From the human T2T-CHM13v2.0 reference genome, Homo sapiens: a stretch of DNA of 64,000 bases. The notes below the pieces were generated by a model. The model ran no database searches, was not told where the DNA came from, and was given only the letters and a program-made list of their open reading frames with translations. Below are positions 50,583 through 64,000 of the stretch, one piece after another. Location of the stretch: NCBI RefSeq assembly GCF_009914755.1, contig NC_060941.1. One strand, 5' to 3'. How positions within the stretch are numbered: the first letter of the stretch is position 1; each line of letters starts with the position of its first letter. The position numbers and the translations under genes were made by a program.

Positions 50583-52511
50583 TCAGAACATCTACATAGA
50601 ATGTGATAGTGTCAGGGCTAGAAGGAAGCTCAGAGTTGATCTCATCCAACTCATATCCGATCCTCTAAGACCTCTTCTATCTCTCACATCTGGTGTACTG
50701 AAATATTGTTCCCTTCGAAAGGGTCACACTGAGGAGCTATGAACGTAGTCTAATAATGCTGTCATTGCTCACATTGTTTCTGGTATCTTCATGTGGAAAC
50801 CGCTTTTGGAGTAAGCATAGGGCCATTCAAATTGTTAATTACAAGGAGAAGGGGAAAACCAAAACCTTACAGTGTCCCAGCGGAGAAAAATAGCTACCAG
50901 CAAAGGAGCACCAATGGGGCCTGCATCAAATGTTCCCACTGTAATAGCATCCAAGTTTCAAGGAAAAAGTATTTTAATACCCAGCTAAATGGTCTTTGTG
51001 TGTATGCAAAGACATTTTCGGATCAGGTATAAGCCAGAAAATGTGCACCCCTAAATATCCTTATTCGAATAAAATATGTAAGAAGACACCCTCATCAGTC
51101 AAATGATAAAGCAAAATGGAGAGCTCAGTACAGTGACAAGTTAAAAAACAGATATGTAAAAGTGGTAAATTAATGTTATATTTTTTACCGCAGTTTTTAA
51201 AACTAAAGTAAATAAATGTGTATAAGTCAATAGCTTTCTTTTATATTAGCAGCAGGCACTACCCAAATATAATGGCATAAAGATACCATTCGCAATAGTA
51301 AGAAACACTATCACACACGAGTAATAAATTTAGTGAGAATTGGACAGAAGCTGTATGACGCAAACTTTACACTTATACTGAGGGATATATAAGGACACTT
51401 GGACAAATGAAGAGCTACACCATGCTCCTAGAGAGAAAAACTCAATATGCGAAAGATGCTAATTCTCCCCAAATTTCAATCGAAATCCAATAGGATTAAA
51501 AATAATAACAAAAACAAAACTTGAAATTCTAAAGTTTATCAGGAAGAGAAATAAGCATATTCTGAAAAGTTTTGAAAAAGAAGAATAATAGGGTAGGCAG
51601 GCTTCTATAGCCAGATATTAAAATATCAAAAGGCTAATTTGTACAGAAATGAATAAATCAATGAGAGCATAGGTATGTACTAAATACTTACAAGCACATG
51701 TAAGGATCACGTACTAAATACAAGCACATGTTAGTATCATGTACTAAATACAAGTACACGTAAGTATTTAGCAAATGATAAAAGTGGCATTTCAAATTTC
51801 TGCGGCAAGATGGTTTATGCAAAATAGCTTTAGGACAACTAGCTCAACATTTGGAAAAAATAAAATGACATACTTCACATTAAACAATAAAATTAACTGC
51901 AGATAGACAATTAATTAAATGTAAAAATTGAGACATGGAAAGTGTTAAATTATCAGTGAACATTTATTTAAGCTTTTGGAAGCATGACTCCAAAGGCAGA
52001 AACTGTAAAGAATAAAAGTGCTATGTCTGACTACACCCAAGTATTAAACTTCTGCAAGTCAAAAAGTGGATAGGCAAGTTACAACTATGGGAAAAAAATC
52101 TGCAACATATGTAACAACAAAAAAGTTAGAATTCTCTTACTATATAAAAGCCCTTTCAAATCAGTAAAAGATGAGTTCCCTCCCCACTGCCAGCCACGGT
52201 TGGGGTATGGCAGTGTGGGTTTGTGGTTAGGAGAGGGTGCTCTGGAGTCAAGCTGCCTGTTTCCAACTGGCATTCCACCACTCATTCTGTGACTTCAGGC
52301 AAGATACTTAATCTCTTTGTGCCTCAGCTGCTCTATCTGTAAAACGGGGCTATGGTGACAATGGTACCTACCAACAGGGGCACCTGCCTCTGGGCTGCTG
52401 TGGGAATTAAATGAGCTGCCCTGTGTGTAAGTGTTTAGAACAGTGCCCAGTGCAGCATAAGTGCTCAGGAAACATCAGCTGTTACAATCATTGAAAAATG
52501 ATTCATTCCAC

Positions 52512-53030
52512 TATAAAGACACATGCACACGTATGTTTATTGTGGCACTATTTACAATAGCAAAGACTTGGAACCAGCCCAAATGCCCATCAATGATAGA
52601 CAGGACAAAGAAATTGTGGCACATATACACCATGGAATACTATGCAGCCATAAAAAAAGAGTGAGTTAATGTCCTTTTCAGGGACATGGTGAAGCTGGAA
52701 ACCATCATTCTCAGCAAACTAACATAGGAACAGAAAACCAAACACCACATGTTCTCACTCGTAAGTGGGAGCTGAACAATGAGAACACATGGACACAGGG
52801 AGTGGAACATCACACACCGGGGCCTGTCTGGGGGTTGGGGGCAAGGGAAGGGAGAGCATTAGGACAAATATCTAATGCATGCGGGGCTTAAAACCTAGAT
52901 AAGGGGTTGATGGGTGCAGCAAACCACCATGGCACATGTATACCTGTGTAACAAACCTGCATGTTCTGCACATGTATCCCAGAACGTGAAGTAAAATAAA
53001 AATAAATAGATAAATGATAAAAAAAGAAAA
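52512..53030 (+). mobile_element. 5'-truncated L1PA 3' end
   Basis: YKDTCTRMFIVALFTIAKTWNQPKCPSM ORF2 C-terminus, G-rich 3' UTR and A tail. Confidence 0.92.
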
Positions 53031-53374
53031 AGGATCACAGGAAGCTCACACAAGAAGGAGTATAACTGCCCTACACACTTACGAAGGAATATTTTACTTC
53101 GTCTTTTCCACGGTGGTCTGGTCCAAAGTACGAGCCTGGTAAGTGTCCCGAGTGAGTTCAAAGCCACTATCTGGTTAGGGCCCCTGTCTTGAATTCCCTT
53201 CATGTCTCATCCCACCTGACTCTTAAGGTCAAAGGTCAAGTGCAGCAGCAAAAAGATGGCCCCCTCTCACCCCCATTTCACCCTCGCTGCCTACTTGGGC
53301 TCCTCCGTTCTCCCCTCTGCCCAGACCCCACTCCCGTCCCTCTCTCCCTCCCTGGTACCCTCACCCTCCCCTAC

Positions 53375-53497
53375 CATCTCAGCCAGCTTGTGGATGGCGG
53401 GGCACAGCGTGTTGACGTTGCTCTGGTACCACGGGTCTACGCGGCCCAGGAACGTAGCCAGCTCTCCCAGCTCCGGCTGCCTGGATGCTGCAGGCTT
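53375..53497 (-). CDS. PIK3R6: PIK3R6 exon (KPAASRQPEL...HKLAEM)
   Basis: CAG acceptor, GTAGGG donor, 123 nt; contains the GRVDPWY motif typical of the PI3K-gamma regulatory subunits. Confidence 0.95.
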
Positions 53498-53904
53498 CTG
53501 GGGGAAAGGGGATGGGGCAGACCCGTCAGGCCCTCTCTCCAGCTCTGCCTTCCAGCTGCCATCAGCCTAGGCTGTGTGAATATGGTCAAGTCATTTAACC
53601 TCTTGGGGCATGAATTTCTGCATGTGAAGACACGTCGTTGTTCTGTTTTATAAACTCAGATGAAGCTAGAATATCTTTTGCTGAGGTTCACTCAGCAGGG
53701 ACATTGAAAAATGATCACCGACTTTAAAAGGGGAGAGACAAGTATGGCTTTGACCTTACTGCTTCCCAATAGGAAGTGGAGTGTGTAGTAGGAAGTGGAG
53801 CATGCGGTAGGAGTAAGGACTGCAAGTGTGGCTCTGTCCCCACAACTAGATCAATGGACTTCACTGCCTGCAATTTCCTTTCATGTCATACCAGAAAGTG
53901 TGGG

Positions 53905-53945
53905 GTGTGTGTGTATGTGTGTGTATGAGAGAGGGGAGGGAAGGG

Positions 53946-54020
<75 letters not shown>
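53905..54020. repeat. (TG)n plus long (GA)n microsatellite
   Basis: Seen directly. Confidence 0.95.
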
Positions 54021-54023
<3 letters not shown>

Positions 54024-54314
54024 CCCTGTGTTTGAGAAGTTTGCAACTAATTCCATTACCTACAAAAACAAAACAAATAGCAGCAAGCAGGCTGCCATCA
54101 AGAGAGAGACCCAATCTCTGGCCACATGCAACCCCCAGAGCACCGTCTGCAGCCTCTGAAATAGAAGACCGCTGACCTCTCTCCCGCCTCCACATTCTAA
54201 GGATGCTTACTCTAGTCCCTGAGCCGGGGATGTGGGGGATGCGGGGCTGCAGGTGTGTCCCTGCCCAGCCTGCCCTGTCTCTGCCCCGCCACCGCCTCCC
54301 CGCGGTCCAGTCAC

Positions 54315-54393
54315 CTCAGGCGCCAGCACGGGGATGTAGTAGAGCTGCAGGCTGAGTCTGGGAGTGAGGCAGAACTTCTGGGTCTCCCGTTTC
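54315..54393 (-). CDS. PIK3R6: PIK3R6 exon (R/KRETQKFCLT...PVLAPE)
   Basis: TAG acceptor, GTGACT donor, 79 nt. Confidence 0.95.
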
Positions 54394-54769
54394 CTAGCAA
54401 TGGGCAGCAAAGCAGAGGAGGTTAGGGGCGGGGCTTGGCTTCAAACAGACTCGGCTCTGCTATTTGTTATCTCTTGACCTTGGGCAATTTGTGTCATCTT
54501 TCTGAGCCTCTGCTTTCTCATCTACAAAATGGGTACAGTAATGTCTCCCTCGCAGGATGGTGATGAGGGTTCACGGAGCTAACGAACACAAAGCAGGGAT
54601 TGCGGTGCTCTGTGACGGCTGCGGGCACTGTGCGGCATCCTCCTCCGTCCCACCCTGGCCTCTGCCTCCTGACCCTCTCTTGCCACCCTGTGATCCTTCA
54701 CCAGCCCACGCCAGGCCCACCTGTGCCCCTGACCAGCGCCCACCCCCAGCCCCCACGTCGGGGCCCCAC

Positions 54770-55193
54770 CTGAGTCTGTGGTAGGCCTGGGCCAGGCGCC
54801 CCAGCATCCTGTCATCTCCGAGCACAAGTACCCGGGCTGTGTGCAGCCGGGACACGCCGGGCAGCATTTCCCCATCCCCACTGGGCCGGCCTGTCCTCCG
54901 GTGCAGCCCTGGGGGCCCGTCCCAGCTGCCAGGCATCAAGAAGTCCAGGGGCCATGCACGCTTCTTGATGCCCCCTTTGCGCTGCAGCCCGGCTCGCTCC
55001 ATCTCAGGGCTGCCGGGTGCAGGCAGCTCATCAGCCCCCGTGGGAAGGTCCCGCTCAATGCCGCTGTCAGTGGACAGCACAGAAACCCGGGCCAACTCCC
55101 GGTCCGGCCGGAGGCCCTGCAGATCCAAGACCTCCAAGTCAGCACTGAGGCGCAGCTGGGATCTTGGGCGGAGGAAGAGCACCAGTTCCTTCC
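54770..55193 (-). CDS. PIK3R6: PIK3R6 large exon (W/KELVLFLRPR...AQAYHRL/R)
   Basis: CAG acceptor, GTGGGG donor, 424 nt; includes STDSGIERD and VLVLGDDRMLGRLA motifs. Confidence 0.95.
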
Positions 55194-55276
55194 CTGGGGT
55201 GGGGGAACAAGGGCGGTGAGGACACGTGAGGCTGGCAGGGCTACGTTTCTGATTTCAGCCAGTCCTCTTCAGAGGA

Positions 55277-55872
55277 TACACACACACAGAAACACAGACA
55301 GACACATAAAGACACACATATGAACATGCACAGAGACTCACACACAGAGACACACAGATGCACACACATACACATGTACAGACACAGACAGACATACACA
55401 CACGTGCACACACACAGACACACACACAGAGACACACTGAAACACATGCATGCACGCATACACACACAGACACACTGACACACACACGCATCATGCATAC
55501 ACACACACTGACACACGCATGCACGCATACACCCATGCAAGCACACACAGACACACTGACACACACACATGCATGGATACACACACTGACACACACGCAT
55601 GCACACATACACACAGACACACTGACACACTCATGGATACACACACTGACACGCATCCACACACATACACTGACACACACTCATGCACGCATACACACAC
55701 TGACACACACTCATGCATACACACACACTGACACACGCATGCACACAGACACACACTCATGCACACATACACACACAGACACACTGACACACACTCATGC
55801 ATACACACACTGACACACGCATGCACACTGACACACACTCATGCACGCATACACACACAGACACAGACATAT
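55277..55872. repeat. ~600-bp CA-rich compound repeat (ACACACTGAC / CATGCA units)
   Basis: Seen directly; fills most of a 713-bp PIK3R6 intron. Confidence 0.95.
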
Positions 55873-55906
55873 ACCACTGTTTCCAGACAGCTCCATGGGC
55901 ACGTAC

Positions 55907-55993
55907 AGAGCTGCTCCTCACCGGTCCACAAGTGGAAGGTGATGTAGGGGCTGGGCAGGGGAATGCTTGGTGGCCGCTCTTGGACAAGGTCAC
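55907..55993 (-). CDS. PIK3R6: PIK3R6 exon (G/DLVQERPPSI...TGEEQL/W)
   Basis: CAG acceptor, GTACGT donor, 87 nt. Confidence 0.93.
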
Positions 55994-57062
55994 CTGCAGA
56001 AAGGAGCAGGCTGTGGAGGCCATGGAGGAGGCCATGGGACCCTCCTCTGCCCTCCCCATCCTGCCCAGCTCCTGTGCGGGGTCTTAGAGAGGTGGCAGGG
56101 ACTCTCTCCTTCACATCTGGTCTGCCTTTCCATCTCTGCCACCACCAGCCCATCCAGGGCCCAACAGTGCAGCTGTCCCCTCCCTGTCCAACAATGCTTA
56201 GTAGCTACGTTTTCTCAAACCTAGCTCAACCCTTAGGGGGTCTTCACAAACCAGCTCACAAGGCCTTTTCCAACCTATGCTCCTATGCTGGCCATGCCTT
56301 CAGCCCTGTGCAGCTGCCAGACTGGCTTTCCCACTGTTCTTAAAATGCCCTGCCTGCATCCAGACGAGGCAGGAAAGACCCCTGCCCTTCTCAGGGCTGC
56401 TTCCAATATCTTGCATGCAGTAGACACTCAGTTAACATTTGCAGCTGTCGGCGATGCTGACGAGAACTCATCAACAAAGTTTGGGGGCAGCAGGAACCCC
56501 GGGCAGTCCAGGGGAGAGACAAAGGACAGCCCTTCTTCCTGCTTCTCTTTCTAGAATCTTTTCTGACCACTCCAGTGGCCCGCGGTGGTCATTCCCTCCG
56601 AGCAGACTGTCTGCACACTGGGCACACCTCACATGTGGTCTTAGGATTTGGCTCCGTATTCCCGTTTCACTTCTATATTGCTGTGGCTCCCCACTCATGA
56701 GGCTGCAAGCTTCTTAGGGGAGAGCAGCTAGTGTTCACTGAGCACCTACTGCCTGCCAGGCCTTATTCTACTCACCTGGCACACACTGTAATCATTTCTC
56801 TGGATCCTGCCAATGGCCCTGGGCAACAGGTGACATTATTATCCTCAATTTACAGGGGAGAAGCCAGGACACAGAGAGGTTGAATAACTGGCCCAAGGTC
56901 ACATAGTAAATAGTACAGTGACGACTTGAGCCCAGGCAGCTCAGCTCCAGAGTTCCTGCTCTTACCCACAACACTGTGCTTATAATCACCACTCCATACT
57001 GCCCCCTACAGCCACAGGGGCTTGACGGGGGTGCTGCCTGGTCATTAAGATGCACAGGGCTT

Positions 57063-57622
<560 letters not shown>

Positions 57623-58503
57623 TTAATTAATCCATGCAGAGTCACTGGTGAGTGTTAGCAAGGGGCCACAAGGGGAGCAAAGCCAGATTGGCCCCAGGGT
57701 TAGTCCCAGCTTGGGGTACAGGAGGAGCTTTTTCCATGTGGGATCAGAGGCAGTGTAGAATGTTAAAGTAAAAGAGCGGACAACTTCGAAGATGGAGTCT
57801 TTAGGCAGGGACTATCCTGCCCACCTCACCCAACTGCTGTGGCCTCCACCCAACCTGGGCTGCCAAGTTCAAACCCAGGGCCTGGCACACTAACCTCTTC
57901 CGGTGGATTCCAGTCCTTAACCCCATGCCTTATAATGACAGGTGCACGATCAGTGACTGTGCATATCTGGGACATGCAGGCTGACATATTCCATGATACT
58001 TTGAATGACCACGAAATAGGACCCAAATCAGAACCATCCTACAACAGCCAGGAAACACATATTCGGGACGTTTCTCTGGGCTATTTCAGATGCCCCCATC
58101 CACATGGGGCTTGTGTCAGGGTAGGCATTATCTTACCTACATTATGCCTTGCATAAGATAAGGCGTTATCTTATAAATATGCAAATAGGAAGGGTGAGGA
58201 ATAAAAATCTATGATACCAGATATAAACGATGTTGACTCATCTGCTCTTTTAGATGCTCTGGTCCTTGGACGATCAAATCCTTGGATTACTGCAGCTGAG
58301 TAGTGAACTAGACAGCCTGGATTTGTATCTTGGCTTTGCCATTTACTGCCTTGGGTGATCTTGGGCAAGATATTTAACCTCTTTCTAACTCAGTTTCGTC
58401 CTCTGTAAAATGGGGATAATAATAGTTTCTGCTTATAAGTTGACTGTGAGGTTTCATTGATTTAATACAGTATACGCAATATATTTAAATATATGTAAGG
58501 TGA

Positions 58504-58905
<402 letters not shown>

Positions 58906-59089
58906 AATTACCCGCCTCTTAGTCCCGGTCCTGCCAAACCCCCAGGCTGCCCCCAGTCCCCAGGCTCCTGGGAGTCGGCCAGGCACCCAGACAGAGGCAG
59001 GTCCAGCGCTGCTCTCTGGCGCCCCCTGCTGTGCAGTGAGCTGCCCCCGCGGGACTCTTGCCAAGGCCCCCCATCTGCCAGTCGCTTAC

Positions 59090-59246
59090 CACCGCAGCGC
59101 CCCGCCGCGGGACCCAGCAGCGAGCAGTAAATCTCCTCCAGCCTCTCTACGTGTCCCTCCCGGCTCGGGCTGGCCTCGCTGGCCATCTGCTCCAAGGCGG
59201 CCACCACGGCGTGGAAATAGTGCTCCAGGGTGCGGCGAGGGCTGGC
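59090..59246 (-). CDS. PIK3R6: PIK3R6 exon (ASPRRTLEHY...AAGRCG/G)
   Basis: CAG acceptor, GTAAGC donor, 157 nt. Confidence 0.95.
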
Positions 59247-59578
59247 CTGTTGGGGAGGGGCGTCAGAGCCTGGGTCTTGGCCCAGCGCCCACGCACCCCA
59301 GCTCCTAAGCCAAGTCCGCAGGGCCCTGGCAGCCCAAGGTGACACCTCTCCGCTGCCCCTGGGGGCCCGGCAGGAGCTTCCCCCGAAGGCTTCTGGATCC
59401 CACATCCAGGGCCCTATGCCTGCCCTGCAAGTGGGGGTTCCCCTCTGCCCCTCACACGCTATTATGGGGAGACTACTGGTCTGCAATGTCTGTTACCCAG
59501 AGAGGCAGAGATAGCCACTGACGCCCACTTCCTGAAAGCGTCACCCAGCACTTGGATCAATGTTCTAGCCCCCACTAG

Positions 59579-60040
<462 letters not shown>

Positions 60041-60088
60041 GAAAGTGACTTTTAGGTAAAGACTTGAAGTGAAAGAGTGAGCCATGCA

Positions 60089-60379
60089 GCCCAGCGCGGT
60101 GGCTCACGCTTGTAATCTCAGCACTTTGGAAGGCCGGGGTAGGTGGATCACGAGGTCAGGAGATGGAGACCACGGTGAAACCCCGTCTCTACTAAAAATA
60201 GAAAAAATTAGCTGGGTGTGGTGGCCGGCGCCTGTAGTCCCAGCTACTCAGAGAGGCTGAGGCAGGAGAATGGCGTGAACCCAGGAGGCGGAGCTTGCAG
60301 TGAGCCGAGATCACGCCACTGCACTCCAGCCTGGGCAACAGAGCAAGACTTCGTCTCAAAAAAAAAAAAAAAAAAAAAA
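60089..60379 (+). mobile_element. AluY with a 12-bp left-arm deletion (Yd-like)
   Basis: gagaccacggtgaaacccc lacks tcctggctaaca; TSD aagagtgag(c/t)c(a/g)tgca. Confidence 0.8.
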
Positions 60380-60599
60380 GAGTGAGTCGTGCAGGTATCT
60401 AAGAGAACGTTCCAAGCATAGGGAGTAGCCAGCGCAAAGGCCCTGGGGTGCAAGTATGTTAGGCATGTGCATGTTGGGAGACAAATGAGGAGGCTTGTTT
60501 AGCTGGAGCAGAGGAAATGAGAGGGAAAGTTAGGAGACAGGCCAGAGAGGAAATGAAGAGAGATGGGAACAGGTCAAGGCCCTCAAGATGAGGTTCTTG

Positions 60600-60892
60600 T
60601 ATTTTTATTTTTAGAGATGGGGTGTCTCTCTGTTACCCAGGCTAGAGTGCAGTGGTACAGTCACAGCTCACTGCAGCCTTGAACTTGGCTCAAGTGATCC
60701 TCTTGTCTTCCGAGTAGCTGGGACTGCAAACACATGTCACTGCGTCTGGTATTTTTTTTTTTTTATTACTTTTTGTAGAAATGGGGTCTTGCTATGTTGC
60801 CCAGGCTGGTCTCAAACCCCTGGCCTTAAGCAATCCTCCTGCCTCGGCCTCTCAAGTACCTGCAATTATAGGCATGAACCACCACACCAGGC
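60600..60892 (-). mobile_element. AluJ
   Basis: Diverged reverse Alu. Confidence 0.85.
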
Positions 60893-61012
60893 TCTTATAG
60901 GTCATTGCAATCACTTTGGCTTTGACTCCGAGTGAGATGATGTAGTAGCTACTGTTGTGGTGACCCAGATTCCTGCTTTCGGGGCTGAGACACTCATTCA
61001 CCCTGCTGCTAG

Positions 61013-61354
<342 letters not shown>

Positions 61355-61473
61355 TGATTTGGGGGAAAAGGTGATGCGAAACAGGAGAAGGAGGAAGAGC
61401 AGGGTGAATGACTGGTATGGGCATGCAGGGACGAGGGCTGGGACTGACAAGGGGCTGCAGGCAGGGCCATTAC

Positions 61474-61657
61474 CTGCAGCTTCCTGTGCAGAGCGCCTGC
61501 GTGACAGGCCTCCCCCAGAGCCGCCTGCAGGGCGTGGGAGACCACGTGGCGCATGCAGGTCTCTGGTGTCTGCTGCGCCTGGGCCGCCTCGATCTCCAGT
61601 AGCAGAGCACTGCACACAGACGCAGACACCAGCTCAGGATCCACGAAGAGGAACACT
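61474..61657 (-). CDS. PIK3R6: PIK3R6 exon ([11 protein letters not shown]...LHRKLQ)
   Basis: CAG acceptor, GTAATG donor, 184 nt. Confidence 0.95.
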
Positions 61658-62747
61658 CTGAGGGCAGAAGCAGAGGGGAGAGGTGGGATTGATAGTAACT
61701 AATGGGAGAGGGGCCACCGGATGGGCACCCTCAGAGCTGTGCAGCACCTCCAAGTAATTTAATTCTGCTAAAAAGAGGAGTCTCAGATTCAAAAGTCTCT
61801 GGGTGGGATGACAATAGGGAGTGGTGAGGACTGTGGCAAATAAGAGCATGCACAGCCCTTCTAGAGGGGCAGCTCTAATCCACTGTCCACAGAGGAAAGC
61901 AGGCCTAGTCCCATGTTTAGGAAAGTTCCAGCCTCAATCCTGCTCCCTCTCTCAGCATCCTGGCCCAGGGACCAGGTCACCCTCTAGGAGGGACCCTAAA
62001 TCCTTCCTGCCAGAACTGGAGTTCTGAACTCTGAGTGAATCTCACCTTCTTTCATCACTCTTATCACACCAGAGAGCCAACCTCCCCTACTCCCTCCTCC
62101 TCACCCACTGTGTCTCCCCACCTCTCCCATGGGTGCCCTGGGCCTCCTTGCATCTTTCATGAACTCAGCACCTCACACCCCAAACTCAAGCTGTGCCTTT
62201 CAGGGCCAAGTTAGTGGAGGTGCCTGCAGAAGAGGGAGGTGCCGCTCCCAACTTCATCACCCCTCTCCCCAACACGAGCAGGGGACACTTCCTCAGTCTT
62301 ATCTAAGAGGCTTGGCGTCCCCCATGGAAGCCCTCTGGCTTCATTGTGCACTTGCGCCTGAGCCCCTCCGCTATGGCTATTCTGGAGTCTCCTCTGGCTG
62401 CCTGGCTGGTATGATGCTGCATTATGGCCAAGGGCAGGATGGAGGTGGAATGACAGAGCCCCAGAGTGGCCCCGAGGCCATGTCCACCTTCTGCATGTGA
62501 GCAGGGTAGCTTCCAATCCAACCTGAGAAGAAAGACCTATCCTGTGTTCAGTGGTCTCCAGAAAACAATATGGCGCCAACCTTGAATGGCAAACGCACCC
62601 CACTGCTGGACAAATATCATGGCTGGGGAGGTCTGCTAGGGCTCTTCTTAATCCAGCCTCCTCTTTTGTCCTCCTGCCAGGGAGCAGTCACTAAAGCCAC
62701 AACAGTTTTAGGAGGCTGAAGGTAGCAATTTTTCTGGGGCCACTCAC

Positions 62748-62817
62748 CTCTCCTGGTAGGGATACAGCTCATTCGTCAAGTTCTGTTCGGCAATGACCAT
62801 CCTTTGGTACAGTGTCC
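62748..62817 (-). CDS. PIK3R6: PIK3R6 exon (G/TLYQRMVIAE...YPYQE/R)
   Basis: CAG acceptor, GTGAGT donor, 70 nt. Confidence 0.95.
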
Positions 62818-62991
62818 CTGCAAACCAGACCACTTTGGCCAAACAGCCCCCAAGTCTCTGACTCCCATTCTCCACCTTCCTACAGAAGGTGTGGAGGCTT
62901 TTGAGCTCCCCGGTATCCTGGAGAAAAAGGAAAGACCCTGGGCAATGTTGGAGGTGCAGCGTGGGAGACAAAGATGCCCAGTGACTCTTAC

Positions 62992-63124
62992 CTGGGACAG
63001 CCATCTCCGTTTTCAGCCTTATCGCGCAGTCCAAGGCGACTGTGCAGTAGGGGGTGGGCAGGGTCAGTAACCTTGTGCAAAAGGCATAGATTCTCTGGTA
63101 GAGCTCTTCTGTGATTCCTGTGGC
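62992..63124 (-). CDS. PIK3R6: PIK3R6 exon (ATGITEELYQ...TEMAVP/G), most 5' exon in the window
   Basis: CAG acceptor after a long pyrimidine tract, GTAAGA donor, 133 nt; about 86 N-terminal residues lie outside the window. Confidence 0.95.
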
Positions 63125-63130
63125 CTGGGT

Positions 63131-63190
63131 GAGAGGGAGGAGGGGGAGGTGAGAGGGAGGAGGTGGAGGTAAGAGGGAGGAGGGGGAGGT
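63131..63190. repeat. 3 x 20-bp purine-rich tandem repeat ((g/a)agagggaggagg(g/t)ggaggt)
   Basis: Seen directly; forms the pyrimidine tract of the PIK3R6 acceptor at 63125. Confidence 0.85.
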
Positions 63191-64000
63191 GAAGGGTCCC
63201 GGGGGAGTTTCCGGGGAGGGGCTTGGGAGAAGAGGTGGAAGGTCAGGCCTAACAGCCAGACCTGGGCTCACAGCTCTCTCCCAAACCCACACCTTCCAGC
63301 CTCTTCTCCCAGCACCTGTAAGACATCCATTTGTCGCCCCGCCCCAACTTACCAAGATAAAAATTCATTGCATCAAGTTATGCAAGCAAATCAACTTCCT
63401 CCCAGCCCTCCTGCTCCATCAGGGAAGCACATTCCTGCGGTTCTCCAGGCTCAAAACCATGGAGGCACTTCCTCAGTCTCCTTTGCTCCTCCTTGCATCC
63501 CACAGGCCTGAAATGCTCCACAGTGCCCGGGAGGCCCCCCTCTCCCTCCCGACCTCAGTGTGCCCTCCGTCTCTGCCGGAGCTAAGCCCCATCTTGACCC
63601 TGGACTCTCCAGCAACCCCAGACTTGGTCTTCCTGCCTGCCTTAACCACCACTCCCACCCGCTGCAACAACACGCAGCTCCCGATTACTCCTCCTGAGAC
63701 ATTAACCACATGAGTATCATGTCTCTTCTCTGTGTAGGGATCAGTGATGTCTCCTGTTGCACTGCACACAGGAGCAAACCCAAAGACCTCATCCTGCCTT
63801 TCAAGGCCATTGTCTCTCCAGAGTTCTCTCTCCATATGGGAGGGAAAGGGGGTGGCTAGTGCTCAGAAGCCAGTTTAGGGCAGGCAATCCAAGGGATTTT
63901 CTAGGCTCATCCTGGCGGAGACTGAGTGCCCACTAAGGGGAGAGTGTCCAGCCCAGCCACATGCAGGTCACCACTACCACCTCGACCTCAGTCCCCAGCT

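Noticed and set aside
55241-56059. H/T- or C/V-rich ORFs and an array-like repeat
   Set aside because: Simple CA-rich repeat with no unique spacers; not CRISPR-like or coding, apart from the true PIK3R6 exon at 55907-55993.

Overview
Primate (human-like) genomic DNA that I recognise from its proteins as the 17p13.1 MFSD6L-PIK3R6 locus. It is rich in Alu, L1, MaLR-LTR and MIR repeats. On the minus strand are (i) the last 15 coding exons of PIK3R6 (p84/p87, PI3K-gamma regulatory subunit; 2007 coding nt, 668 aa plus stop, all GT-AG with consistent phases; the 5' exons lie beyond the window), with a poly(A) signal at 28957, and (ii) the intronless MFSD6L gene (586 aa) with a CpG-island promoter. 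The main unexplained signal is at about 10.8-22.4 kb, downstream of MFSD6L on the same strand. There, a chain of decayed exon-like segments with good splice signals translates, across stops, frameshifts and two Alu insertions, into motifs that resemble RBM44/TTC3/DZIP3-family domains in the expected order (winged helix, helical domain, RRM, C-terminal helix). This is a candidate unprocessed (unitary) pseudogene of an RBM44-like gene; the comparison is from remembered sequences and needs a database test. Other notable items: a CpG-decayed duplicate of the MFSD6L upstream promoter segment, a two-LTR THE1 element with DUX4-type motifs inside PIK3R6, an in-frame stop-free 174-nt PIK3R6 intron, a UG-rich intron, closely spaced inverted Alus, and a 30-bp micro-retroinsertion. 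Repeat boundaries and subfamily calls are by eye and approximate.
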